From positions 11,286-75,285 of the IMG/VR virus record IMGVR_UViG_3300010400_000003: 64,000 nucleotides of DNA. One strand, written 5' to 3'. Numbering within the stretch: the stretch's first letter is position 1; each line of letters begins with the position of its first letter. Of the stretch, positions 1 to 7,856 are shown one piece after another. The translations under genes were made by a program, and so were the position numbers. Source of the DNA: a virus. The notes under the pieces are model-generated. The model made no database searches. It worked only from the letters and a program-made list of their open reading frames with translations, and had not been told where the DNA came from.

Positions 1-18
1 CTGAGCTTGGTGTTCGGA
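1..18 (+). other. attC site, right end only (L' CTGAG, 6-nt spacer, R' GTTCGGA)
   Basis: Same L'-6nt-GTT layout as the complete sites; its core is complementary to R'' at 253-262. Confidence 0.75.
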
Positions 19-323
19 GACTCGGCTTGCATGATGACTCGCGCAAAAGTGCGCAGGTTGAATTCCACCGTTTCTTGTGTCGTCCATAGGCGGTCATCAG
101 CAGCCCATTCTTTCACAGCCTTTTCCTGTGCAGCGTTTAGGACTATCGGGACTGCCCTGATTGAGCCGTCTGGCTGGAGTGCGATTGTAAGCGGTTCGCC
201 GCTCGCCAGCATTCGTTCCAGTTCTTCGATGGTAGGTCTTGGTCTTTCGACCGTCTCCGAACCAGTCGCTGGAGCGAATCCGGCGGGGCGCTTTGATTGT
301 TCAGAGTCAGTTTCCATATTCAT
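1..323 (-). CDS. Cassette-borne hypothetical protein, 3' end beyond window
   Basis: Translated by hand: MNMETDSEQSKRPAGFAPATGS...AESPNTKL, open to the edge; ATGA overlap with 320-688. Confidence 0.75.
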   Translation of the reverse strand, partial: MNMETDSEQSKRPAGFAPATGSETVERPRPTIEELERMLASGEPLTIALQPDGSIRAVPIVLNAAQEKAVKEWAADDRLWTTQETVEFNLRTFARVIMQAESPNTKL

Positions 324-368
324 GTCTTTCGTTGTTCGCCGCCGGATTCGCTCAGCTTATCGTTAGGT
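256..368 (+). other. attC site 1 (113 bp)
   Basis: R'' TCCGAAC, 6 nt, CTGGAGCGAATCCGGCGG ... CCGCCGGATTCGCTCAG, 6 nt, R' GTTAGGT; one unpaired G in the left arm. Confidence 0.88.
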
Positions 369-688
369 GCTTTCGGTGCAGGTATCTCTTTCCACCCTTC
401 TCCTGTCGGGCAGTCTTTCGTCTCGCAATACCAGCTTCCGCCACGACCGTTGCATTGAGGGCACGCAACCCAGTCGCCTGGGTCGTAGAAATTCGGGTCG
501 TCCTCGTAAGCGTCATAATATCCGTCCTCGCACCCCAGACCGCCACATTCGCCCCACTCCATTTCGCAGTGGCACACAGCGCATATCATCGCACCATCAG
601 ACCCACGATACATCGCACCTAACAAATCCTTGGAAGCAACAGCCGGGGGCTGGGACTGTTGCTGTGGCGTTTCAATTTTTGAGTCCAT
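320..688 (-). CDS. Cassette-borne Cys-rich zinc-finger protein (DnaJ-like CxxCxGxG)
   Basis: CAVC, CGGLGC, CPQCNGRGG, CETKDC. Confidence 0.8.
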   Translation of the reverse strand: MDSKIETPQQQSQPPAVASKDLLGAMYRGSDGAMICAVCHCEMEWGECGGLGCEDGYYDAYEDDPNFYDPGDWVACPQCNGRGGSWYCETKDCPTGEGWKEIPAPKAPNDKLSESGGEQRKT

Positions 689-724
689 AATTATTCGCGG
701 CTGTGCTTCAAGTCAGTGTTAGGT
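617..724 (+). other. attC site 2 (108 bp)
   Basis: R'' ACCTAAC, 6 nt, TTGGAAGCAACAGCCG ... CGGCTGTGCTTCAA, 6 nt, R' GTTAGGT; two unpaired bases (G, A) in the left arm. Confidence 0.88.
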
Positions 725-1029
725 GAGCCTAGCGGCAGCACTCCTTCTTCGGGGTATTCATCGAAGTAGGCGATGTGCTTGTGAGGCGGCACTTGGCATT
801 TCTGTTCTTCATCCCAGACGCCTTTCTTCGGCCATGCGGCGATTTTGATTTCCGTCTCGCGCTCCTCGACCTTTTCACTGGCGGTCGGCTCTTGGACTAC
901 CAGCCCGCAGAATTGTGCGAGGTCGCGGATTTCATCTATTGTGAGCGTCAGATGCGGCTCACCTAACCCGTCAGTGGAGCGCGACGTGGCGGGGCTTTCC
1001 GGCATAGTTGCTTGATCGGCGTCACTCAT
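691..1029 (-). CDS. Cassette-borne hypothetical protein
   Basis: 112 aa, tightly packed with neighbours; AGAAGGA upstream. Confidence 0.75.
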   Translation of the reverse strand: MSDADQATMPESPATSRSTDGLGEPHLTLTIDEIRDLAQFCGLVVQEPTASEKVEERETEIKIAAWPKKGVWDEEQKCQVPPHKHIAYFDEYPEEGVLPLGSPNTDLKHSRE

Positions 1030-1089
1030 TTTATTTCCTTCTGTGAGCCGCAGGCGTCAGCCGCCACGCCGCTCACTTTGGCGTTCGGC
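961..1089 (+). other. attC site 3 (129 bp)
   Basis: R'' ACCTAAC, 6 nt, GTGGAGCGCGACGTGGCGG ... CCGCCACGCCGCTCAC, 6 nt, R' GTTCGGC; unpaired bases in the left arm. Confidence 0.87.
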
Positions 1090-1355
1090 TCTGTCGTCTC
1101 CCAGAAGTCCATGTGGAAGATCAAGCCCGTTGACGTGCCTTTGGTGATTATTTTGACCATTGCTTTGTCGCGCTTTCCAAATCCGATGACGATGCCTTCG
1201 GAAGCTCCGGGATTTGCCCTGCCCCTGCCCTTGTTCATGCCTTGACTGATTGCCAAAGGCGTCACCTTTACACGCATCCCCCATTGGAATTTGTCACGAG
1301 CCGAACCATCCGATGCAGGCGACGTGGCGGGCGCTGGTAGTTTTAAGTCATTCAT
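1026..1355 (-). CDS. Cassette-borne hypothetical protein, possible SH3/KOW-like barrel
   Basis: FQWGMRVKV...EGIVIG pattern; ATGA overlap with next gene. Confidence 0.7.
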   Translation of the reverse strand: MNDLKLPAPATSPASDGSARDKFQWGMRVKVTPLAISQGMNKGRGRANPGASEGIVIGFGKRDKAMVKIITKGTSTGLIFHMDFWETTEPNAKVSGVAADACGSQKEIK

Positions 1356-1406
1356 AAATTCGGAGGCGCGGGTTAATCGGCCACGCGCCTGATCTGGTCG
1401 TTAAAA
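1300..1406 (+). other. attC site 4 (107 bp), terminal site of the array
   Basis: R'' GCCGAAC, 6 nt, ATGCAGGCGACGTGGC ... GCCACGCGCCTGAT, 6 nt, R' GTTAAAA; unpaired G and A in the left arm. Confidence 0.87.
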
Positions 1407-3073
1407 TTCAAATGCGATTCCGTCACCTTCACCAAACACGCCGCCGTGTCGTTCACCCCGACGGACACCATCCAGCCGTCGTCTTGCGCGACCGCGCCGT
1501 AGGGTATCACGACGTTTGGCTTCCAATGCGCAGCCCCGCTGCGCCACTCGTGGCCGCTCAGAATCGGATGGCTGGAAACGGCCAGCATCTCGAACGGCGG
1601 TTCGCTGTTCATCACGTACGCCCCCATGTAGTAACGCACGTCGCGCGGCTTGTCGCTGATTGGGATTTGACTATGGAAGAACCGCAGCCACTTCCCGCGA
1701 TACGGTATCGGAGGCGTGCCGCCGCGGATTTGTCCCCACGCCCAGGAAAGCGACGGCGTCCGCCATTCCTCATCTGGCTTGCCATCGCGGATCCTCACAA
1801 CGACATGCTCGGGCGAACAGGCGTAAATGAAATGCGTGCGGCCTTCCAGGTCGAAGAACACCCAATTCTTTTCGAGCGCACTGCCGTCGTTGTGGCCATA
1901 TTCAGGCCGGCAGAATTCCGCCAGTTCGGCGCCGCTGTCCGAGACTTTGATTTCTCCGTAGGCCATGACGCAGCGGAAACGATTGCCAGCCACGCCCGCC
2001 ACGACAAACGAGCCGAACAGGCGATCATCACGGGTCCACAGTCGCATGTCCTCGACGCTGGACGTGCTCAAATCGGACGGCATCCGCAGCGGCAAATGCC
2101 TGATGGCGGTCGCCGTTGCCGGGTCGAGTTGCACAATCGCCAGTTGCGTTTTCCACGAGCCGTGCGGGTGATGGCGGTAGGTGGACCACAGATTGCCGTT
2201 CCACTGAATGAGCGACGGGTTGTAGCCGTGCGCTTCCAGGCCCATGATGGGACGCTGCGACGGTCGCCGCACGCCGGACAATACCTGCCGGGCCATGTGC
2301 AAAATCTCCGGCTTGCGAGCGCTGTATTGCGAGTACCGGCAATGAAGCTCGAACCGCTTTTGCCAAGGCGTGCCGTTCCACGGCGTTGGCAGGTCGCGGC
2401 TCAACGCTATGACCGGCACTTTCGACGCCGCGCTCAAATGCAGCGGCAGGCTGTCGCCGGCAATCAGCAGTTCCGCGCGGTCCATCAATCGTATCAAGTC
2501 GTAAGGCTTTTCCGCTCTCACTTCAGATAAGTCGAGCGCGCGACACTTTGGCAACGCTTCCTGAACGGCCTGAATCAAATCGTCCTTTTCAGGGAAAGGC
2601 GATGCTACGCCGCTGAGAGCCACGAGGATTATTTGCAAATCCACGTTCAGATGCTTCTCCACTAGCGCAGCCTCGCGCAACACATCCCGCCGGTCAAACT
2701 CCAACGGCAACCGCCGCCAATCGTTTGGCCGTCCGAGGTTGGCCCAAATCTCGTGGACAAAGCTTTCCCCAACCGGCTTGCGCGTGCCGGCGGACTCGAC
2801 GGGATTCACCCAGCGAATCATTGAGCCGTTCGACTGCTCTTTGATCCATGACACCGCCCGATGCACTGTGTCGCCATCCTGGCCGCGCTTCCACGTCTCG
2901 GGGTAAACGATCGGGGTGACGTAGCTCACGCCGTCCAAGATGTCCTCGTAGTTCTGCGCGACGACGATGCTCGTCTTTTCGCCGGTCGCCCGAAAGCGGT
3001 CCAGCGCGAACGGCAGGACGATGCACAAATCCCCGTAACTGCCCAAGCAGACGATTTGCTCGCGGTTGCTCAT
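1373..3073 (-). CDS. GT9-like glycosyltransferase fused to a 5-bladed propeller glycosidase/phosphorylase-like domain
   Basis: N-terminal GSYGDL and LIAGDSLPLHLSAASKVPVIAL; C-terminal YNPSL, VEDMRL, EKNWVFF, RGGTP, SVGVND; start placed at ATG 3073 (ATGA overlap). Confidence 0.8.
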   Translation of the reverse strand: MSNREQIVCLGSYGDLCIVLPFALDRFRATGEKTSIVVAQNYEDILDGVSYVTPIVYPETWKRGQDGDTVHRAVSWIKEQSNGSMIRWVNPVESAGTRKPVGESFVHEIWANLGRPNDWRRLPLEFDRRDVLREAALVEKHLNVDLQIILVALSGVASPFPEKDDLIQAVQEALPKCRALDLSEVRAEKPYDLIRLMDRAELLIAGDSLPLHLSAASKVPVIALSRDLPTPWNGTPWQKRFELHCRYSQYSARKPEILHMARQVLSGVRRPSQRPIMGLEAHGYNPSLIQWNGNLWSTYRHHPHGSWKTQLAIVQLDPATATAIRHLPLRMPSDLSTSSVEDMRLWTRDDRLFGSFVVAGVAGNRFRCVMAYGEIKVSDSGAELAEFCRPEYGHNDGSALEKNWVFFDLEGRTHFIYACSPEHVVVRIRDGKPDEEWRTPSLSWAWGQIRGGTPPIPYRGKWLRFFHSQIPISDKPRDVRYYMGAYVMNSEPPFEMLAVSSHPILSGHEWRSGAAHWKPNVVIPYGAVAQDDGWMVSVGVNDTAACLVKVTESHLNFNDQIRRVAD

Positions 3074-3273
3074 TCCTTCACAAGTTTGATGCTCTCCGCG
3101 CTCACCCACGCTGCGCCATCGCCGTGGCTCGGGTGGATGCGAACCTCGTCCCGTCCGTAGCGTTGTTGCACGGCCTCGACAATCACAGGAATCGCAAGCG
3201 CGCCGTCGGATCGCAATTTGGGCCGCCAAATCGCTTTCCTCCAAACGTATTTTTCCAGTTCAGGCTTGGTCAT
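3070..3273 (-). CDS. Hypothetical protein
   Basis: ATGA-coupled on both sides. Confidence 0.7.
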   Translation of the reverse strand: MTKPELEKYVWRKAIWRPKLRSDGALAIPVIVEAVQQRYGRDEVRIHPSHGDGAAWVSAESIKLVKE

Positions 3274-3482
3274 GGAATCGTTTCAGGCTTTGGGTCCACC
3301 AGCGCGGCCCGCTTGCGGCGCACGTCGTTTCGCAATCCCTCGCAAACAATCCGCTCCGCAGCGTCCGCCACAGAGTTTCCGTAAAGCCCAAGCGTGACAA
3401 GCCTCGAAAGGTGTTCGTGAACGCTCTTGCTCGTGGTAATCGTGATGCGCACCGTGCTCTTTTTAGCGGCTGTTTGGCTCAT
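3270..3482 (-). CDS. Ribbon-helix-helix DNA-binding protein (CopG/MetJ/Arc type)
   Basis: Alternating strand VRITIT, helix, GLYGNSVADAA turn-helix; first gene after an operator-bearing promoter. Confidence 0.7.
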   Translation of the reverse strand: MSQTAAKKSTVRITITTSKSVHEHLSRLVTLGLYGNSVADAAERIVCEGLRNDVRRKRAALVDPKPETIP

Positions 3483-3497
3483 GGTTGTGCTCCGTTC

Positions 3498-3551
3498 GGT
3501 TCATGTTTGATCTCGCGCGCTCAGACTATGCCTGCGGTCGCAGGGTGTCAA
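3498..3551 (-). promoter_or_regulatory. Sigma70-type promoter with palindromic operator and conserved leader
   Basis: TTGACA-17-TAGTCT; operator CCTGCG-NN-CGCAGG at 3531-3544; leader AGATCAAACATGAACC. Confidence 0.75.
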
Positions 3552-3601
3552 CTGTAATCTCCCGCTGCGCGCCCCAATCGCTTGGAGCGCGGCGCGGAGG
3601 G

Positions 3602-3943
3602 TTACTTGCCAGCGGTGCCAATTCTCACGGCGACGTGATACGTGCCTGGATCGCCAAAGTCTCCCGTAGCACATTCCGATGTGCTTTTGTTTTCGTTGTC
3701 AATCCGTGCGTCGAGCATCCGGCCCTCGATTCGGTTGACGCCTTCCGTGCAATCGTCAGCCCGGAAGCGGGTGAAATGACACCAGTAGTCAGCGCCATCG
3801 CCTTCGGTGGCGCGCACGATTGTTACCTCCCCGCCGGGAAACCGCACGGAGACATGGGCAGGCTCGCAAGCTTTCGGGTTGCCGGTGATAATCAGCAAGG
3901 CGTGATCCGAGCCGTTGCTTTGCAATTCAAATCGGTTTTTCAT
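3602..3943 (-). CDS. Hypothetical protein
   Basis: 113-aa ORF with A-rich upstream leader. Confidence 0.7.
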   Translation of the reverse strand: MKNRFELQSNGSDHALLIITGNPKACEPAHVSVRFPGGEVTIVRATEGDGADYWCHFTRFRADDCTEGVNRIEGRMLDARIDNENKSTSECATGDFGDPGTYHVAVRIGTAGK

Positions 3944-4005
3944 AAATGTTTTGGGTTAAGAGGTAGGCGGGCGCGCACCACACGCGCCCGCCACCATCAA
4001 CCGCG

Positions 4006-5448
4006 TCAGGCACCGATCGCTTCTGCTTGCCTGTCGAGGAAGGCATCTTCCTGCGCTTGGGCGTAGGACGCCGTAGCGTCGGCCTTGCCGCAGTCACATT
4101 CCGCCGCGCCATGCAGCCGTTGCGCGCACGCTGGCCCGTGGCTTTCGTCCTCGGGGTTCGCCAGAACGCCCGCAATCAGGCAGGCCACGCTCCACGCACC
4201 TTCGGAGAATTTCTTGTACCAGACCTTGGACCGCATGGACCAGCGAAACCCGTTCGCCTTCAGCCGGTCAATGATTTCTCGCTCAGGCTTGGCTGGGAAG
4301 GAGACTTCGACGCCGCCCAATTCGAGGTTGCGGCGAACTGTGCCGGTCGTGCCCGCCTGGCCGTCCTGGCCGCCGTCAGCTTGCACGGCAGACCGCTCCG
4401 GCACTTCGAGGACCAGCTTGTACCAGTTCTCGGGCACATTCAGCCCGCCCTCGACTTCCTTGTTCCATACAACGCCCACAATCTTCGCGCCCGGCGGGAG
4501 TTCGGTCGCATCCATCACTTGCCGCGCGGCAGTCGTCGCGCCCATGTAAGAGCCGTTCTCGAAGCGCGGTAGCCGGCAGTTCCAAAGTTCTTCGGTCGCC
4601 GGGATTTCTTCGAGCGCCAGAATCCAGCGCGCAACGTCGTTTTGGATCTTCATGGTTTCGTGATTCTCGCCGTAACCGCGGGAAACTGACGTGTAGGTAA
4701 CACGGCCCAAGACGCGATCAACCGCCGTGCCGTAGTTGGAGCGATCGTACTCGTGCGAATCGGTCATGCCGTCAAAATGCCCGTCCTGATACTTGCCGAC
4801 AATCTCACGGACTTGCTTCTCGGTCGGCCCATTCAGCCACGATACGCGCATGGAGTTGTGATCTGAGCGCACGGAGAATCGCGCGTAAGGCCACTTTTGA
4901 ACCAGTTCGCTCTTGCAGTTCGCCGCAGCGCGCGGTCCGCCCCGCATGGCGTCCGCCGGAAGTGCCCACGGATACTTTGCCCGCAGTTCGGCCGCAATGC
5001 GGTCGGTTTCGATGCCGGCCAAACGCGACTTCTCGGCGCGATCCGCTTCAGCCTTCTGGCGTTCCGCCTGGTTCTCCGTGTCCTGTTCCGCCGTGATGCG
5101 GTTGTCAACGACGGGCATGTTGCGGCTCAGTTCGGGCAAAGCCGCCTCGATCTCGGTGCGGATTTGTGCCGCGTTAGCCTTGCTCACGGTCCAGTTGTAT
5201 TTTTCGCCAATCGCCTTTTGCACGGCGGCAACGTCCTCGCGGCGATGGACGCCAAACAGTTCATTGAAACAGGAAGTGTGCTCCTGGCCGCCGATGACAC
5301 CGGAGATTTCCTTCCGGTCGTTGTGCGCCATCCGCAGTTTGCCCAGCGCGCCGTTTACGGCGTTGACTTGAATCTTGCCCGGCGGGTTGGTCGTGTCGGC
5401 GGCCCACTTGCGCGGCGCCGTCGTGGTTGTGGTTTCGGTCGTGTTCAT
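4006..5448 (-). CDS. LPD29-domain (large polyvalent protein-associated) protein
   Basis: RFSVRSDHNSMRVSWLNGP...FDGMTD resembles LPD29; C-terminal FPAKP...LKANGFRWS...WY module; start placed at 5448. Confidence 0.75.
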   Translation of the reverse strand: MNTTETTTTTAPRKWAADTTNPPGKIQVNAVNGALGKLRMAHNDRKEISGVIGGQEHTSCFNELFGVHRREDVAAVQKAIGEKYNWTVSKANAAQIRTEIEAALPELSRNMPVVDNRITAEQDTENQAERQKAEADRAEKSRLAGIETDRIAAELRAKYPWALPADAMRGGPRAAANCKSELVQKWPYARFSVRSDHNSMRVSWLNGPTEKQVREIVGKYQDGHFDGMTDSHEYDRSNYGTAVDRVLGRVTYTSVSRGYGENHETMKIQNDVARWILALEEIPATEELWNCRLPRFENGSYMGATTAARQVMDATELPPGAKIVGVVWNKEVEGGLNVPENWYKLVLEVPERSAVQADGGQDGQAGTTGTVRRNLELGGVEVSFPAKPEREIIDRLKANGFRWSMRSKVWYKKFSEGAWSVACLIAGVLANPEDESHGPACAQRLHGAAECDCGKADATASYAQAQEDAFLDRQAEAIGA

Positions 5449-5530
5449 GTTTTTCCTTTGGTTGATGTTTGATGGTTTATGCGGTTGCCCGCGTCCGCTC
5501 CCCGCCGGCATGACGGGGAGCGTTGCGCGA

Positions 5531-5809
5531 TCAACTCTCAGTCCAGATGTACTCAATCGCGGAATGGCTAATGTAGTAACACGGTCGCCCGTCGTAATGG
5601 CTTTTGTGGAAACTCACGGCAAAGTCATCGGCCAAGTGTAAGCCTCGCTCGGCGCCCACGGCATAACTCATGTCGTGCGCCCACTGGTGAATGTCCCGGC
5701 AGTGTCGGCGCAGGGTCGCAAGCGTCACGTCTCGCGCAGCGTCCACCATCGCGTGGATTTTCGCCGCCGTGCTGTTCACGCAGCAAGTTGTGTAAGCGAA
5801 TCGTTTCAT
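5531..5809 (-). CDS. Hypothetical phage protein
   Basis: 92 aa, ATGA-coupled. Confidence 0.7.
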   Translation of the reverse strand: MKRFAYTTCCVNSTAAKIHAMVDAARDVTLATLRRHCRDIHQWAHDMSYAVGAERGLHLADDFAVSFHKSHYDGRPCYYISHSAIEYIWTES

Positions 5810-6378
5810 CGCCCAGCCTCCTCGTTGTCGTGGTCAATGATCTCGACTTCCACGCCCGGCGGGCAGGTCGTCACTTCGGCGCAGCCGCCCTGGACTTCGA
5901 CGATGACGCGCACAAGCGGGAGCATCGGATGGAGAGGCTTGCCCGCCACGAGTTGCCGCGCCGTGCTCTGAATGTGGCACAGCGCCCCGCACTCGGGACA
6001 CTCGCCCGCCGGCATCGGCTCGCCCGGGTCCACGCGCAAGAAGATGTCTTTGATCTCGGCCAACTCCAATTCGGAGCTAACCTTTCCGCAGTTCGGGCAC
6101 GGCTCGCACATAGCCGGCTCGTTGGGCAGAGTCGGGCGCAGCGGGCGAACGGCGTCAGCTTGGGGTGTGATGGTCGTCGGCTTGTGCTCCAGCGCGAACT
6201 TATCCGCCCGCGCCCGCGTTTCAACTTCCTCGTGCCTTGCTCCGATGAACGGCACCCAGCCGCCCGCGGTCTGGACGAGGAATTGACAGCCGGCATCCGC
6301 TTCGCCGTCGTATCCGCAGACGTAAGGCCCGCGAACCGTGCCCGGTGGGAATGGTTTGTATTCAGTTGTTTCTTTCAT
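5806..6378 (-). CDS. Hypothetical protein with zinc ribbon
   Basis: CPNCG...CPECG. Confidence 0.7.
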   Translation of the reverse strand: MKETTEYKPFPPGTVRGPYVCGYDGEADAGCQFLVQTAGGWVPFIGARHEEVETRARADKFALEHKPTTITPQADAVRPLRPTLPNEPAMCEPCPNCGKVSSELELAEIKDIFLRVDPGEPMPAGECPECGALCHIQSTARQLVAGKPLHPMLPLVRVIVEVQGGCAEVTTCPPGVEVEIIDHDNEEAGR

Positions 6379-6521
6379 GTGGTGTATGGGTTGATGGTTG
6401 AGGTTCGGGACCGCCGGTCAAAGCAGAATGTAGCAAAGCAGCGCAATATCCGCCGCGAAGTTCAGCGCCAGCGCGAACACCCAAAGCTGGGTATCGTCGC
6501 CGACGCCAGTGTATTTCAGGT

Positions 6522-6797
6522 TCATGGTTCGGAGATTGCACCGATGAAGTCAGGGCGGGGCAAAACGCCAGTGCGGGCAAGCTCGGCGTCAAACTTCTTC
6601 TCATGGCAAGCGAGACAGATGCCACCGGGGAAAACGGCGAGCGGGTCAACTTGGGTTCCGCATTGGCGGCAGCACGGGGTTAAGTTCGGGTTTGGTGCTT
6701 CTCCCCTTGCGAGTCGCTCCGTCTCAAGTTGACGGGCTTTCGCCCATATCCGGCCCATGCGGGCGTTGTATCGTTCGGCGCTGGTTCTTGTGTTCAT
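6522..6797 (-). CDS. Small zinc-binding hypothetical protein
   Basis: CRQCG...CLAC. Confidence 0.65.
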   Translation of the reverse strand: MNTRTSAERYNARMGRIWAKARQLETERLARGEAPNPNLTPCCRQCGTQVDPLAVFPGGICLACHEKKFDAELARTGVLPRPDFIGAISEP

Positions 6798-6869
6798 GGT
6801 GTGGTTGAGTTTGATGACGCGGGATAATCCCCGCCCACTGCCCCGCCGAAGCGAGGCAGGGAGGGAGAA

Positions 6870-7058
6870 TCACACCGCGTCGCAATACGCTTGGAAGCCT
6901 TCGCCAGTTTTCAGAAACAGCGCACACCGTAAAGCGCGCTCATTGCTCCACCCCATCTCCGTGAGGTAATCAACGATTTTGGTTTGTGAGAATCGCCGCG
7001 CCAGTTTGCGCGCCGTCGTGCAATTCCCGTTTATCAGGTTTTCGATCATGTTTTCCAT
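6870..7058 (-). CDS. Hypothetical protein
   Basis: 62-aa ORF in the minus-strand run. Confidence 0.6.
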   Translation of the reverse strand: MENMIENLINGNCTTARKLARRFSQTKIVDYLTEMGWSNERALRCALFLKTGEGFQAYCDAV

Positions 7059-7083
7059 AGTTTCGAGATTGAGTGAACGGCGG

Positions 7084-7482
7084 TTAGGATTTGCAGCGAT
7101 GGACTCGGCAAATGTCGTTGTCGCCGATGTTCACGCCATGCCAGCGCGAGCCGTCGAAGTTGAACCAAACGTCCTCGCGTGTTCCGGCGATGTTGTGCCT
7201 CGATTCGCGGCAGCAAGTCACGGGGAAGTTTGTCGAGCCTTCCCATGTGCCGACGTGAATCCGCGCACCGATGGTGCGGCGATACAGGACAGCGCGACCG
7301 CTCGCTTTCATGGCCTCGACTTCCAACTCTGCCAGCGCGTGGTTGTGCGCGTCAATTTCGGGCTGGCTCAACTCGCCAACCTTGCCAGTTGGCGCAAAGG
7401 CGCCGTGGCCGGTGAAGTTGAATATGTAACCGATCGGCGAGCCGTCGGCGGTTTTGATCGTGGTGTTTTGTGGTGTTTTCAT
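7084..7482 (-). CDS. Hypothetical protein
   Basis: Start placed at MKTPQN after an A-rich leader. Confidence 0.6.
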   Translation of the reverse strand: MKTPQNTTIKTADGSPIGYIFNFTGHGAFAPTGKVGELSQPEIDAHNHALAELEVEAMKASGRAVLYRRTIGARIHVGTWEGSTNFPVTCCRESRHNIAGTREDVWFNFDGSRWHGVNIGDNDICRVHRCKS

Positions 7483-7558
7483 TGCGTTTTTGGTTGATGG
7501 TTTCAGTTGTGCGGACTCCCGCGCAGATGGGCGCACACGGCGCCCACCTCCGCGAACG

Positions 7559-7774
7559 TCACGCGGCGATTGCAACGGGTTGGCCCGCGACCATGCCGTA
7601 GTAAAGCTCTGTCCCGGCGGGAATGTGCGCTGGCTTGGTCCGCACAGCCTCAGCAATCGCAGACTCGCGGTCCCATGCGTAAATGTAAACCGGATGCCAC
7701 ATGCGCCAAGTCAGGCGATGCTCGGTGAGAACGGGGTTGTTTCGTACTTCAGACGGTGGTGTTTTCGTTTTCAT
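7559..7774 (-). CDS. Hypothetical protein
   Basis: First gene after the promoter at 7780-7835. Confidence 0.6.
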   Translation of the reverse strand: MKTKTPPSEVRNNPVLTEHRLTWRMWHPVYIYAWDRESAIAEAVRTKPAHIPAGTELYYGMVAGQPVAIAA

Positions 7775-7779
7775 ATTCA

Positions 7780-7835
7780 GGTTGATGTTTGATCTACTGT
7801 CGAGGGGAGTCTAGCAGCCTACGAGCGTAGGTCAA
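7780..7835 (-). promoter_or_regulatory. Sigma70-type promoter with palindromic operator and conserved leader
   Basis: TTGACC-16-TAGACT; operator CCTACG-NN-CGTAGG at 7818-7831; leader AGATCAAACATCAACC. Confidence 0.75.
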
Positions 7836-7856
7836 GCGGAAATCGTAAAAAGTTTC

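Larger units (their letters stand above)
1..1406 (+). mobile_element. Integron-type gene cassette array (4 complete cassettes, 5 attC sites, first truncated by window edge); no integrase in window
   Basis: Each cassette starts with a GTT core whose reverse complement opens its own downstream attC: GTTCGGAGAC(12)/GTCTCCGAAC(253); GTTAGGTGC(362)/GCACCTAAC(615); GTTAGGTGAGCC(718)/GGCTCACCTAAC(956); GTTCGGCTC(1083)/GAGCCGAAC(1298). Confidence 0.88.

Noticed and set aside
7-1245. Plus-strand ORFs co-oriented with the attC sites
   Set aside because: They lack motifs and sensible spacing; the minus-strand ORFs have a zinc finger and coupled start/stop codons.
256-1406. Reading the repeats as terminators, REP elements or CRISPR
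   Set aside because: No U-tracts and no identical repeat unit; cross-cassette core complementarity and bulge placement fit attC.
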